From positions 3,410 to 67,409 of the forward strand of contig JAFAOU010000081.1 in the NCBI GenBank assembly GCA_019247495.1: a DNA stretch of 64,000 nucleotides. Reading direction: 5' to 3'. The notes under the pieces were generated by a model, which saw only the letters and a list, made by a program, of their open reading frames with translations, ran no database searches and was not told the DNA's origin. A program made the translations under genes and the position numbers. Positions 27,459 to 36,800 of the stretch are shown here, in pieces. Source of the stretch: Acidobacteriota bacterium (GTDB taxonomy: Bacteria; Acidobacteriota; Thermoanaerobaculia; Gp7-AA8). How positions within the stretch are numbered: position 1 is the first letter of the stretch; each line of letters begins with the position of its first letter.

Positions 27459-29201
27459 ATGTCGAAGATTCAGCGCACTGTTTCAATCGTCGTCGCGCTC
27501 TATCTTCTGCTCGTACTCATCGATCGATTCGTTCTCGTCGAACTGCTCGTCACGCGCGTCGGGCTTTCCATTTTACTGGCGCTCTTCGAGGCGTTCGCGA
27601 TTCTTGGCGCCGGATTCGCGGTGCGCGGTGCAATCGCTCGTGCGTGGCGCGTCGAGGATGCCGATCTTCCGCGCGATTTTCTTCTCGGCTATCCGGTCTT
27701 CGGCGTGCTCTGTTTTCTCACCGGGACGCTCAACGTCTCCTCATGGTCAATGGCAATCCTGCTGGTCGTGTTTGGCGTCGGCGGGATTTACGTACTCGTG
27801 CGGCGATTTGAATCGCGTCCGCCGGTGATGCCTGCGATTGCCGAGCCGCTCGTGCTCATCGCGCTCGCGATCGTTTTCATCTGCGCCCTCATCGCCGCGC
27901 AGGCGCCGCCGTCATCGCTCGACGAGCTCGCCTATCACCTGGCCGTGCCATGGACGTGGGCGAAGGAAGGTCGCGCGATCGATCTGCCGCTGATCTCGCA
28001 TTCGTACTTTCCGCTCGGCATCGAATCAGCCGACCTGCCGCTGCTGACGATTCTCGGCCAGCTCGCCGGCGGCATCGCTTCGCACTTTCTCCACCTCGGC
28101 GCGGCACTCGCGGCGACCGCGATGCTCTTCCGGCTCTCGCGCGGCAACGCCATCGCACTCGCCGCGATTGTGACCACGCCAGCGCTTGCGCTCATTGCCG
28201 GCTGGTCGCTCGTCGATTGGCCGCTCATCGGCATCTGCGCGATTCTCGTTCTCGCGCTCGATGACGACGATGCCGCGACGATCTCGATGGCGGTCGCCGC
28301 CGGCTTGCTTACGAAGTACACATTCGTTCCGTTCGCAATCATTGCCGTCGTCGTTTCGCGGCGCTGGCGTGGTCTGCTGCCGGGCGTCGCCATCGGCTCC
28401 ATCTTCTTCATTCGCAATCTGATCCTGACCGCGAATCCGATCGCCCCGTTTTTCACCGCGGCCGCGCCGCATGTGGCGGGATATCGCGCGCCGTTTCTCT
28501 CCGACTACGTTTTCGACGGACACTTTCTCGACGAAAGCATGGGCGCGTCGCTCATCGCCGCCTGCACACTTTCCGCCGGGATGATTCCGTGGATTCTGAT
28601 CGGCGCAGCAGTCCTGCTGTTCCTGCTCGCACCGTCGTCGCGGATCCTGCTGCCGTTCCTCGCCATTCCTGCCGCGCGATCGCACCCGCCGCGACGTCTC
28701 ATGCGCGTCCTCCTCGGCTTGTCGATCGTGGTCCAGCTCTTTCTGATCGGCTACTTCGTCGATCGCACTGCCCCGTTCTCGTTGCTCTCGGCGGCGGCCT
28801 CGGATGCCGAATTCCTGACGAAGCAACGCTCCTCGTTCAAGACAGTGCAGTCGATCGACGCGCTGCTCCCCTCCGACGGCCGTGCGCTCATCGTCGGCCT
28901 CAACGAAACGTTCTGGTTCGCCCGGCGCGTGCGCGGCGGCGGCAACTTCGACGGACTACGCGTCTCGCGATACCTCGAAATGCCGACACCCGAGGCGCTC
29001 TACGCACGGCTGAAGTACGATGGCATCACGCATGTCGCCGTCGTCGCGCCCGCACCGGCGACCACTGCCGTCGCGCAAAAACTGGCAGAGCGTGAAACCG
29101 CGCTTTCGCCTGCCGCACAGAGAATGCTCGCGCAGACACTCGATCGTTACGCGTCCAGCGTCGCGCCCGGCGCCGGCGCAACCGTCTTCACACTCAGATA
29201 G
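27459..29201 (+). CDS. Polytopic GT-C-type glycosyltransferase-like membrane protein (ArnT/PMT-like first-loop motif)
   Basis: 580 aa with more than 10 TM helices and a soluble C-terminal domain. 'SSLDELAYHLAVPW' resembles the DE..Y/H first periplasmic loop motif of GT39/GT83 enzymes. Confidence 0.6.
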   Translation: MSKIQRTVSIVVALYLLLVLIDRFVLVELLVTRVGLSILLALFEAFAILGAGFAVRGAIARAWRVEDADLPRDFLLGYPVFGVLCFLTGTLNVSSWSMAILLVVFGVGGIYVLVRRFESRPPVMPAIAEPLVLIALAIVFICALIAAQAPPSSLDELAYHLAVPWTWAKEGRAIDLPLISHSYFPLGIESADLPLLTILGQLAGGIASHFLHLGAALAATAMLFRLSRGNAIALAAIVTTPALALIAGWSLVDWPLIGICAILVLALDDDDAATISMAVAAGLLTKYTFVPFAIIAVVVSRRWRGLLPGVAIGSIFFIRNLILTANPIAPFFTAAAPHVAGYRAPFLSDYVFDGHFLDESMGASLIAACTLSAGMIPWILIGAAVLLFLLAPSSRILLPFLAIPAARSHPPRRLMRVLLGLSIVVQLFLIGYFVDRTAPFSLLSAAASDAEFLTKQRSSFKTVQSIDALLPSDGRALIVGLNETFWFARRVRGGGNFDGLRVSRYLEMPTPEALYARLKYDGITHVAVVAPAPATTAVAQKLAERETALSPAAQRMLAQTLDRYASSVAPGAGATVFTLR

Positions 29202-29209
29202 GAGAGCGC

Positions 29210-29596
29210 ATGGAAAAAGTCACTGGAATCGGCGGCATCTTCTTCAAGGCATCCGACTCAAAATCGCTCGGCGCCTGGTATCGCGATCACCTCGGCATTC
29301 CGGTCGATCCGTCGTACGGCGGCGCGTCGTTCGAATGGATCGAGAAAGAGAACCCCGACGTGACCGGCATGACCGTCTGGTCGGCCTTTCCATCGACGAC
29401 GAAGTATTTCGATCCGAGCGTCGCTCCGTTCATGATCAATTACCGCGTCGACGATCTCGACGCCATGCTCGCGCAACTTCGTGAGGCCGGCGCCACCGTC
29501 GACGAAAAGGTCGACGACAACGACTTCGGCCGCTTCGGATGGGCCACTGACCCCGAGGGGAATCGCTTCGAGTTGTGGCAGCCGCCGAAGAAGTAG
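29210..29596 (+). CDS. VOC (glyoxalase/bleomycin-resistance fold) family protein
   Basis: 128 aa. 'GIGGIFFKASD' and 'DPEGNRFELWQP' are typical VOC beta-alpha-beta-beta-beta module ends. Confidence 0.8.
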   Translation: MEKVTGIGGIFFKASDSKSLGAWYRDHLGIPVDPSYGGASFEWIEKENPDVTGMTVWSAFPSTTKYFDPSVAPFMINYRVDDLDAMLAQLREAGATVDEKVDDNDFGRFGWATDPEGNRFELWQPPKK

Positions 29597-29694
29597 ATTA
29601 GTGGATCAGTGGATTAGTCGATTAGTCGATTAGTAAGGACGCGGCCGCTTCGCCTCTTTCCTAATCGACTCATCACTAATCTACGAATCCACTA
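29594..29694. repeat. GATTAGT-unit hairpin between convergent genes; both TAG stop codons sit at the stem base
   Basis: Left arm TAGATTAGTGGATCAGTGGATTAGTCGATTAGTCGATTAG (from 29594). Right arm CTAATCGACTCATCACTAATCTACGAATCCACTA (to 29694). VOC gene stop at 29594-29596; mgtE stop at 29692-29694 (minus strand). Confidence 0.85.
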
Positions 29695-31086
29695 CAGCAG
29701 CGTTCCCTTCAAAATCATCAAAGCAACGGTGAAGTAGATGCACAGTCCCGTCACGTCGACGAGCGTGGCGACGAATGGCGCGGATGCTGTCGCTGGGTCG
29801 AAGCCGAGCTTGCGCAGGATGAACGGCAGCATCGAGCCGGCCAGCGTTCCGAACAACACGACGCCGATCAACGAAAACCAGACCGTTAACGCAACGAGCA
29901 TGTAGTGGGCGCCGTACTCGGTGAGCCCGATTTTTTCCCACAATACGATACGGATGAAACCGATGAAGCCGAGGAGCGAGCCGAGCGCGAGGCCGGACAG
30001 GATCTCGCGGCGGAAGACGCGGAACCAGTCGCGTAAGCGCAGCTCGCGCAATGCCAGCGACCGGATGATCAATGACGTCGCTTGCGAGCCCGAATTGCCG
30101 CCGCTGGAAATGATCAGCGGGACGAACAGCGCCAGCACGACGGCGCGGGCGATCTCCTTCTCGAAAAAACTCATCGCCGTCGCCGTCAGCATCTCGCCGA
30201 GAAAGAGCGCGGACAGCCAGCCCGCGCGCTTCTTGATCATCGACAGCACGTTCACCTGGAGGTACGGCGCGTCGAGCGCTTCCATACCGCCGAGTTTCTG
30301 GATGTCCTCGGTCGCTTCCTGCTCGGCGACGTCGAGCACGTCGTCGACGGTGATGATGCCGAGCATGTGACCGTCAGCGTCCGTCACCGGGAGCGCGAGG
30401 CGGTCGTATTTTTCGAATGCCTTCAGAACTTCTTCGCGATCGTCGGTCGCGTTCATCTTCACCAGCGGCGGATCGTCGATGTCCACCACTTTCGACGCTG
30501 GATCGGCAAGAACGAGAGAGCTCAGGCGGATGTCTTCGACGAGCCGTCCGCGCTGATCGACGATGTAGACGACGTTCACCGTCTCCTTGCCCGGCCCGGT
30601 TCTGCGAATGTGATCGAGCGCTTCGCGGGCGGTCATCTCCGGCTGCACGGTGACGTAGCGCGGCGTCATGTAGCGGCCCGCGGTGTCTTCCGGATACCCG
30701 AGGAGCCAACGCGCGTTCTTCAAGTCCTCGGGGGAAAGAGCGGTCAACAGCCGCCGCGTGACTTCGGCCGGCATCTCTTCGAGCAGGCGCGTGCGGTCGT
30801 CGGGATTCATCTCCGCGAGGACATTGCGCACCTGCTCGTTGCTGAGCGATTCGATCAGGCCTTCCTGGTGATCGGGCGGCAGATAGGAAAAGACTTCGCC
30901 TGCCTCGTCGCGAGGAAGGACGCGGAAAACGAATCCCTCCTCCTCGCGCGGCAGGGCGATGATGAGATCGGCCACGTCGGACGGATGCATGTCCGTCAGG
31001 CGGTCGCGCAACTGGTTCCAGCTCTGCTGCCGGATCAAGTCGCGCAGCTCGTCGCCTACCGACACCGTCTCCACCGTCTCGATCAT
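29692..31086 (-). CDS. mgtE: Magnesium transporter MgtE
   Basis: N-domain, tandem CBS domains and a 5-TM MgtE domain ('PLIISSGGNSGSQ'). I prefer the ATG at 31086 (MIETVET...) to 31140. Confidence 0.92.
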   Translation of the reverse strand: MIETVETVSVGDELRDLIRQQSWNQLRDRLTDMHPSDVADLIIALPREEEGFVFRVLPRDEAGEVFSYLPPDHQEGLIESLSNEQVRNVLAEMNPDDRTRLLEEMPAEVTRRLLTALSPEDLKNARWLLGYPEDTAGRYMTPRYVTVQPEMTAREALDHIRRTGPGKETVNVVYIVDQRGRLVEDIRLSSLVLADPASKVVDIDDPPLVKMNATDDREEVLKAFEKYDRLALPVTDADGHMLGIITVDDVLDVAEQEATEDIQKLGGMEALDAPYLQVNVLSMIKKRAGWLSALFLGEMLTATAMSFFEKEIARAVVLALFVPLIISSGGNSGSQATSLIIRSLALRELRLRDWFRVFRREILSGLALGSLLGFIGFIRIVLWEKIGLTEYGAHYMLVALTVWFSLIGVVLFGTLAGSMLPFILRKLGFDPATASAPFVATLVDVTGLCIYFTVALMILKGTLL

Positions 31087-31178
31087 CCTCAACGCCTCCA
31101 GCGCGGAGGGTACGAGATGCGCCGCCGAAAGTCGAAGCAACTTTGAAGGTCATGCTGCGATAATCAGCGGCAACAACG

Positions 31179-32321
31179 ATGTCCTCGATGCGATTGGAGC
31201 TGCTGGGTGATTTGTTGATCCGCTCCGGCGACGGCTCGCTCGTCACGATCGGCTCGAAAAAATCGCAGGCTCTCCTCGCCTACCTGGCCATCAAGCCCGG
31301 TCAGCACGTCTCGCGCGAGAAGCTGGCGGGATTGCTGTGGTCGAGCACGGGACCGGATCAGGCGCGCCAGAGTCTGCGGCAAACGCTTTCGAGCGTGCGC
31401 AAGGATCTGTCACACATCGCCCCGGACCACAAACTGTTGGTCGAGGAGAGCGACCTGCTGTCACTCGACCGCTCGGTCTCCTGCGACGTGGCCGAGATGG
31501 AATCGCTGATCGCTGTGGGAACCGAGGAAGCGCTGAAGAATGCGATCGATCTCTATCGCGGAGATTTTCTCGACGGCTTCAGCATCAACGAAGAGCGCTT
31601 CGATCAATTCGTGACCGGCGAGCGCGACCGGCTGCATCGCGTAGCCCTTCGCGCGCATGCGCAACTGGTCGAGATTCAGTCGAAGCGCGGCGCGCTCGAT
31701 GAGGCCATCGGTACTGCGCAGGCGTCGTTGCGGCTGGACGTCCTCCAGGAGCCGATGCATCGCACGCTGATGCGCCTTTACCTGCAGAGCGGCGACGTGG
31801 TCGAGGCGCTGCAGCAATATGAGAGCTGCGCGAAGGTGCTCAAACGCGAGCTGCGCATCGAGCCCGACGCCGAGACGAAGGCGCTCCAGCGCGAGATCGT
31901 TCAACTGCGCGCCCGCCGCACCGAGCCCTCCGCGCCCTCAGAGGCAGGAGACCACAAGAAAACGATCCTTATCGTCGAAGACAACGTGTTGAGCAGGGAG
32001 CTGACGAACGCGGTGCTCAAGTCTGCCGGCTACGCGGTCGTGATGGCCAAAGACGGCGCGGAAGCGCTGATGATGGTCGGCCGCGAATCGATCGACCTGA
32101 TGGTGATCGACGTCGATCTTCCCTACATCGACGGCCATTCACTCCTGCAGGCGATGCACGAAAACGGCGTCGAGGTGCCGGCCATCTTCATCTCGGGCCT
32201 GCCCGGCGACGACGTCGAAGTCCGCGCCTTCGAAGTCGGCGCCGTGGACTTCATCCGCAAGCCGGTGAAGAACAGCGTGCTGCTGGCAAGGGTGGCAAAA
32301 GTTTGGCGGGATGTGGGTTAA
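31179..32321 (+). CDS. SARP-type regulator (OmpR-like winged helix + BTAD) fused to a C-terminal receiver (REC) domain
   Basis: 380 aa. 'LELLGDLLI...SKKSQALLAYLA...SREKLAGLLW' wHTH. BTAD 'AIDLYRGDFLDG...RTLMRLYLQSGD'. REC 'ILIVEDNVLSRE...DLMVIDVDLPYIDG...FIRKP'. Confidence 0.8.
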   Translation: MSSMRLELLGDLLIRSGDGSLVTIGSKKSQALLAYLAIKPGQHVSREKLAGLLWSSTGPDQARQSLRQTLSSVRKDLSHIAPDHKLLVEESDLLSLDRSVSCDVAEMESLIAVGTEEALKNAIDLYRGDFLDGFSINEERFDQFVTGERDRLHRVALRAHAQLVEIQSKRGALDEAIGTAQASLRLDVLQEPMHRTLMRLYLQSGDVVEALQQYESCAKVLKRELRIEPDAETKALQREIVQLRARRTEPSAPSEAGDHKKTILIVEDNVLSRELTNAVLKSAGYAVVMAKDGAEALMMVGRESIDLMVIDVDLPYIDGHSLLQAMHENGVEVPAIFISGLPGDDVEVRAFEVGAVDFIRKPVKNSVLLARVAKVWRDVG

Positions 32322-32372
32322 CCACAGAGACACAGAGAGATCACTGAGTCGCCTCTGTGTCTCTGTGGTTAA
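32318..32372. repeat. CCACAGAG-unit hairpin flanked by TTAA on both sides
   Basis: TTAACCACAGAGACACAGAGAG - loop - CTCTGTGTCTCTGTGGTTAA. TAA 32319-32321 ends the SARP-REC gene, and TTA 32369-32371 is the stop of the convergent decarboxylase gene. Confidence 0.9.
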
Positions 32373-33751
32373 TCCTGGCTAACGGCGTCGAGGCACCGCA
32401 TGATCGCGGCGCACGATTTCTCCACATCCTCCGGCGTTGTCGACCAGTTTGATACCGAGATGCGCATGGCGGCGTTGCCTTGCCAGGTTGTTCCGCCGAG
32501 CCAGCAGGTGCCCTCTTGCTGGACGCGGGCGATGACGTTCCGAGTGACGTCGTCGCTGTTGTTGAAGCGGACCAGGACCTGATTCAGGACCACGTCGTTG
32601 AGGATCGCCACGCGGGGATCGTGGCCGAGGATCTCGGCGAACTGGCGGGCGCGATCGCACGAGGCGTCGATGAGGGACTCCACTCCACGGCGGCCGAGAG
32701 CGCGGATCGCTGCGTAAATCGGGAAACCGCGGGCGCGGCGGGAGAAATCGGGGACCCATTCGAAGTTGTCGCGCTCGACGCCGGTGGTCTGTTGCAGATA
32801 TTCGGCCGAGAGCGTCATCGCCGCGCGGTGCGAGGCGGAATCGCGGACGATGACGATCCCGCTGTCGTAGGGGACGTTCAGCCATTTGTGCGCGTCGTTG
32901 GCCCACGAGTCAGCGAGCTCGCAACCGTCGAGCAGGGCACGTTTCGATTCCGTGGCCCGGCCCCAGAGGCCGAAGGCGCCATCGACATGCAGCCAGGCGT
33001 TTCGTTCGTGCGCGATTTCCGCGATCTCCCGCAAGGGATCGACGGCGCCGCTGTTCACGTTGCCGGCCTGCGCGCAGACGATGATCGGGCCATCGAGGGT
33101 TCGCAGCGTTTCGCGGAGTGAATCGGCGCGCATTCTCCCCTGCTCGTCGGCGTCCACTTTGATGAGCGCGCGCGTGCCGAAGCCGAGGAGGCGCATGGAG
33201 AAGTGGATGGTGATGTGCGAGGCGGCGCTGACGACGAGATGCACGGGCGGCGCGCCGGCCAGACCGTCCTCCTCGACGTTCCATCCGGCATTGCGCAGGA
33301 CGCCATGGCGCGCTGCGGCGAGCGCTGTGAAGTTGGCCATCTGTCCGCCGGTGACAAAGCCGACGCTCGCCGTGCGCGGCAAGTCGAAGAGATCGAGCAG
33401 CCATTCGCGGGCGATGTCCTCGACGACCGAGGCCGCCGGCGAGGTGGCGTAGATGCCGGCGTTCTGATCCCAGGCGCTGGTCAGCCAATCGGCCGCGAGG
33501 GCGACAGGAAGACTGCCGCCGATGACGAAACCGAAGTAGCGCGGCCCAGCGCACGCGATCAAACCTCGGTCTGCGCCGCGAGAAAGCGCGTCGATGACTG
33601 CGGCGGGATCTTCACCATCATCGGACAGCGGCGTATGCAATGCGGCGACGAGCTCATCGCGCGTGCCCTGTGCGCCAACGTGCCGCTCGGGAAGTTCGCG
33701 CAAAAATGCGGCAGCACGGCCGTAGGCGAGATCGAGTAAGGAGTTGCTCAC
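32369..33751 (-). CDS. Pyridoxal-phosphate-dependent group II amino-acid decarboxylase
   Basis: 460 aa. 'SWANDAHKWLNVPYDSG' (PLP-lysine region) and 'HVDGAFG'. GTG start. Confidence 0.85.
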   Translation of the reverse strand: MSNSLLDLAYGRAAAFLRELPERHVGAQGTRDELVAALHTPLSDDGEDPAAVIDALSRGADRGLIACAGPRYFGFVIGGSLPVALAADWLTSAWDQNAGIYATSPAASVVEDIAREWLLDLFDLPRTASVGFVTGGQMANFTALAAARHGVLRNAGWNVEEDGLAGAPPVHLVVSAASHITIHFSMRLLGFGTRALIKVDADEQGRMRADSLRETLRTLDGPIIVCAQAGNVNSGAVDPLREIAEIAHERNAWLHVDGAFGLWGRATESKRALLDGCELADSWANDAHKWLNVPYDSGIVIVRDSASHRAAMTLSAEYLQQTTGVERDNFEWVPDFSRRARGFPIYAAIRALGRRGVESLIDASCDRARQFAEILGHDPRVAILNDVVLNQVLVRFNNSDDVTRNVIARVQQEGTCWLGGTTWQGNAAMRISVSNWSTTPEDVEKSCAAIMRCLDAVSQD

Positions 33752-33769
33752 GCGGCAATGCTACATCGC

Positions 33770-33799
33770 GAGTGCGGCGGCAAAATCGCCGCCGCACTC
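33770..33799 (-). terminator. 12-bp perfect stem-loop directly after the giant gene
   Basis: GAGTGCGGCGGC-AAAATC-GCCGCCGCACTC, starting 9 nt beyond the stop codon. No clear U-tract. Confidence 0.45.
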
Positions 33800-33807
33800 G
33801 AAGGGCG

Positions 33808-36800
33808 TCAGTTCACGGTAACCGTGACGGTGTTGCTGCGCACGTGCGTCGTGTTGCAGGCGTTCCAGACCTCGACGTAGAAGGTGTTCGTCCCTTTCTT
33901 CGAGAACGACGTCGTGTAGGAACTCGATGTTGCGCCGGAGATGCTCGTGCCGTTGCCGTTGAACCATTGGTAGGAGATCGGCGTGGTGCCGGCGGCGGCG
34001 ACGGAGAGCGTGATGTTCGTGTTGCGTGTTGTGGTTACGTTCGACGGCTGTGTGGTGATCGAGGCGGCCGGATTGACCGTGACGGTGGCGCTGCCGGCGC
34101 CGGCGTGCGGGCAGCCGTTCGCGTCGGTCACCGAGGTGACGGTGTAGGTGGTGGTGGAGGCGGGGCTGACGTTGCGCGACGCGCCGCTGCCGCCGGGGAT
34201 GTTCTGGACCACGTTGTCCGACCAGGTCACGCTCCACGGCGCGGTACCGGTCAGCGCGGCGACGATGGTGGCCGAAGCGCCGGGGCAGATCGTGCCGCCG
34301 CCGCTGACCGTGGCGGTCGGGAGACTCTTTACCGTCACCACGGCACTGCCGCTGCCGGCGCGCGAGCAGGCGTTGGCATCGCTGACGGAGACGACGGTGT
34401 AGGTCGTCGTCGACTGCGGGCTGACGCTGCGCGTAGCGGTGGTACCGCTGTTGATCGTTTGCGGGAGGTTGTCCGACCACACCACGCTCCACGGCGCGGT
34501 GCCGGTGAGCGCAGCGGTGATCGTGGCCGAACCGCCGGGACAGATGGCGGCGCTGCCGCTGACGGTCGCCGTCGGCACCGGCCGGACGCTGACCGCGGTG
34601 GGCGCCGACGTACCGCTGCAGTTGTTGCCGTCGCGGACCGTGACGCTGTAGTTGTTCGATGACGAGACCGTGATCGACTGCGTGGTCGCACCGGTATTCC
34701 AGAGGTACGACGAGTAACCGGCGGTCGCGGTCAGTGTGACGCTGCCACCCGCACAGAACGTCGTTCCGCCCGACGCGCTGATCGCAGGCGCCGGAAGCGG
34801 ATTCACCGTCACCGCGAACGGCGACGATTGCGTCGAGCAGAAGTTCGCGTCGGTGACCGTGACGCTGTAGCTCCCCGTCGCCGAAACGGTGATCGACTGC
34901 GTGGTCGCGCCGGTGCTCCAGGCATACGACGACATTCCGGCCGGCGCGGTGAGCGTCACGCTTTCTCCGGCGCAGAACGTCGCCGGCCCCGAAGGCGTGA
35001 TTGCGGCGCTTGGCGGAGTGTGGACGGGCAGCGTGATCGAGCCGGAGTTGCTGCAGCCATTCGCGTCCGTGATGGTGACTGTCAGAACGACCTGCGACGC
35101 GCCCGTGCTGGCTGTGAAGTAGACGCGATGGCCGGCATTCTGCGTCACAGCGCCGTTGGTGATGCTCCAGTTGTACGTGAGCCCTGTGCCGAGCGGCTGG
35201 ACTTCCTGAGCCGTTTCCGAGGTGCCGCAGATGGCGGCGGGGGTCGAGAAGGCGACCTGCGGAAGCGGGTTCACGGTGACGCTCGTCGATGACGAGGCGG
35301 TGCAGCCGTTGGCGTCGGAAACCGTGACCGAGTACGTATTCGACTGATTGACCGTGATCGACTGCGTCGACGCGCCGTTGCTCCACGCATACGAGGCGTA
35401 GCCGGCTGGTGCGGACAGCGTCACGCTGCCGCCGGCGCAGAAGTTGGTCGGACCCGACGGCGTGATCGTCGCCGACGGCGATGCGACCGCGACGCTGACG
35501 GACTGCGATTGGGCCGAGCAGCCGTTCGCATCGAAGACCTGCACCGAGTACGCGCCGGCCTGCGAGACGGTGATCGACTGCGCGGTGGCATTGTTCGACC
35601 AGAGGTAACTGGCGCCGGCATTCGCGGTGAGCGTGACGCTGCCGCCGGGACAGATCGTCAGCGGCCCTGCCGGCGTGATCGATGCCTGCACGTTCGCGAT
35701 CGGAATCGTGCGCGACTTCGTGTCGGCGCAGCCTTGTGCTGTGGCAACCGCGAGCGTCAGCGTGACGCTGCCCGACGGGCCGGAGGTGTAGTGAATGGCA
35801 TTCGTCCCCTGCCCGTCGACGATCGTGCCGTTCGCGATCGTCCATTGATACGACGCGGCGCCGGCGGTGGACGTCGCCGCGTACGTCGTTCCCGCGCACG
35901 CATTGCTCTGCGCGCTGATGCTCGCATCAGGCAACGGATTCACCATCACCGACACTGGTTGCGATGTGGTGCTGCAGGCACTGGCGTCGGTCACGGCGAC
36001 GGAGTAGGCGCCGGACGCCGATGCGCTGTAGGACGCGGATGTCGCGCCCTGGATCGAGTCGGAGCCGTCGAACCATTGGTAGCTGTAGCTGCCGGTACCG
36101 CCGGTCGTATTGGCAGTCAGCGTCGAGGTCTGTCCTTCGCAGATCGACGTTGCCGACTGGCTGACGGAGACGGCTAACGTCGAAGCCGTTACCGTGGCGG
36201 GCGGCGGCGTCATCGCGCAGCCGGTAGCGTCGGTGACGGTCACCGAGTAGTCGCCCGCGGCGGAGACGGTGATCGACTGCGTGGTCGCGCCGGTGCTCCA
36301 GGCGTAGCTGCTTCCCGCCGGCGCGGTCAGCGCCACGGACCCGCCGGGACAGAACGTCCCGCCGCCGGTGATGGCGCCGATGGTCCGGCGTGTGACCGTG
36401 ACGTCGTTCGAAGTCGCCGAGCAGCCGCCGGTCGTGATCGCGACGTGATAGGCGCCGGGCTGGGTAACGGAGATGGCGCGCGTCGTCTCGCCGGTCGACC
36501 AGAGGTAGCTGTCGGCGACATTCGCAGTCAGCACGACGCTGCCGCCGTTCGGACAGAGATCGAGCGGTCCGCCCGCGGTGATGGTCGCCGTCGGAATCGG
36601 ATTGATCTCAATCGTTACGCTGTCATCCGCCGAGCACCCCTCGGCATTCGTCATCGTGACCGTGTACACGCCGCTCTGCGTGACGCGGATCGATGCAGTC
36701 TGCTCACCGGTGTTCCAGTGGTACTGCGAATTCGTGCCGCCGCCAGTCGCGAAAAGCCCGACCGTCGCGTCTCCGCAATAGGTGTAGGTGCTGGCAGCGG

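Noticed and set aside
31087-31178. Mg2+ (M-box) riboswitch upstream of mgtE
   Set aside because: Only about 40-90 nt separate mgtE from the divergent SARP-REC gene. That is far shorter than an M-box aptamer, and no matching conserved helices were seen.
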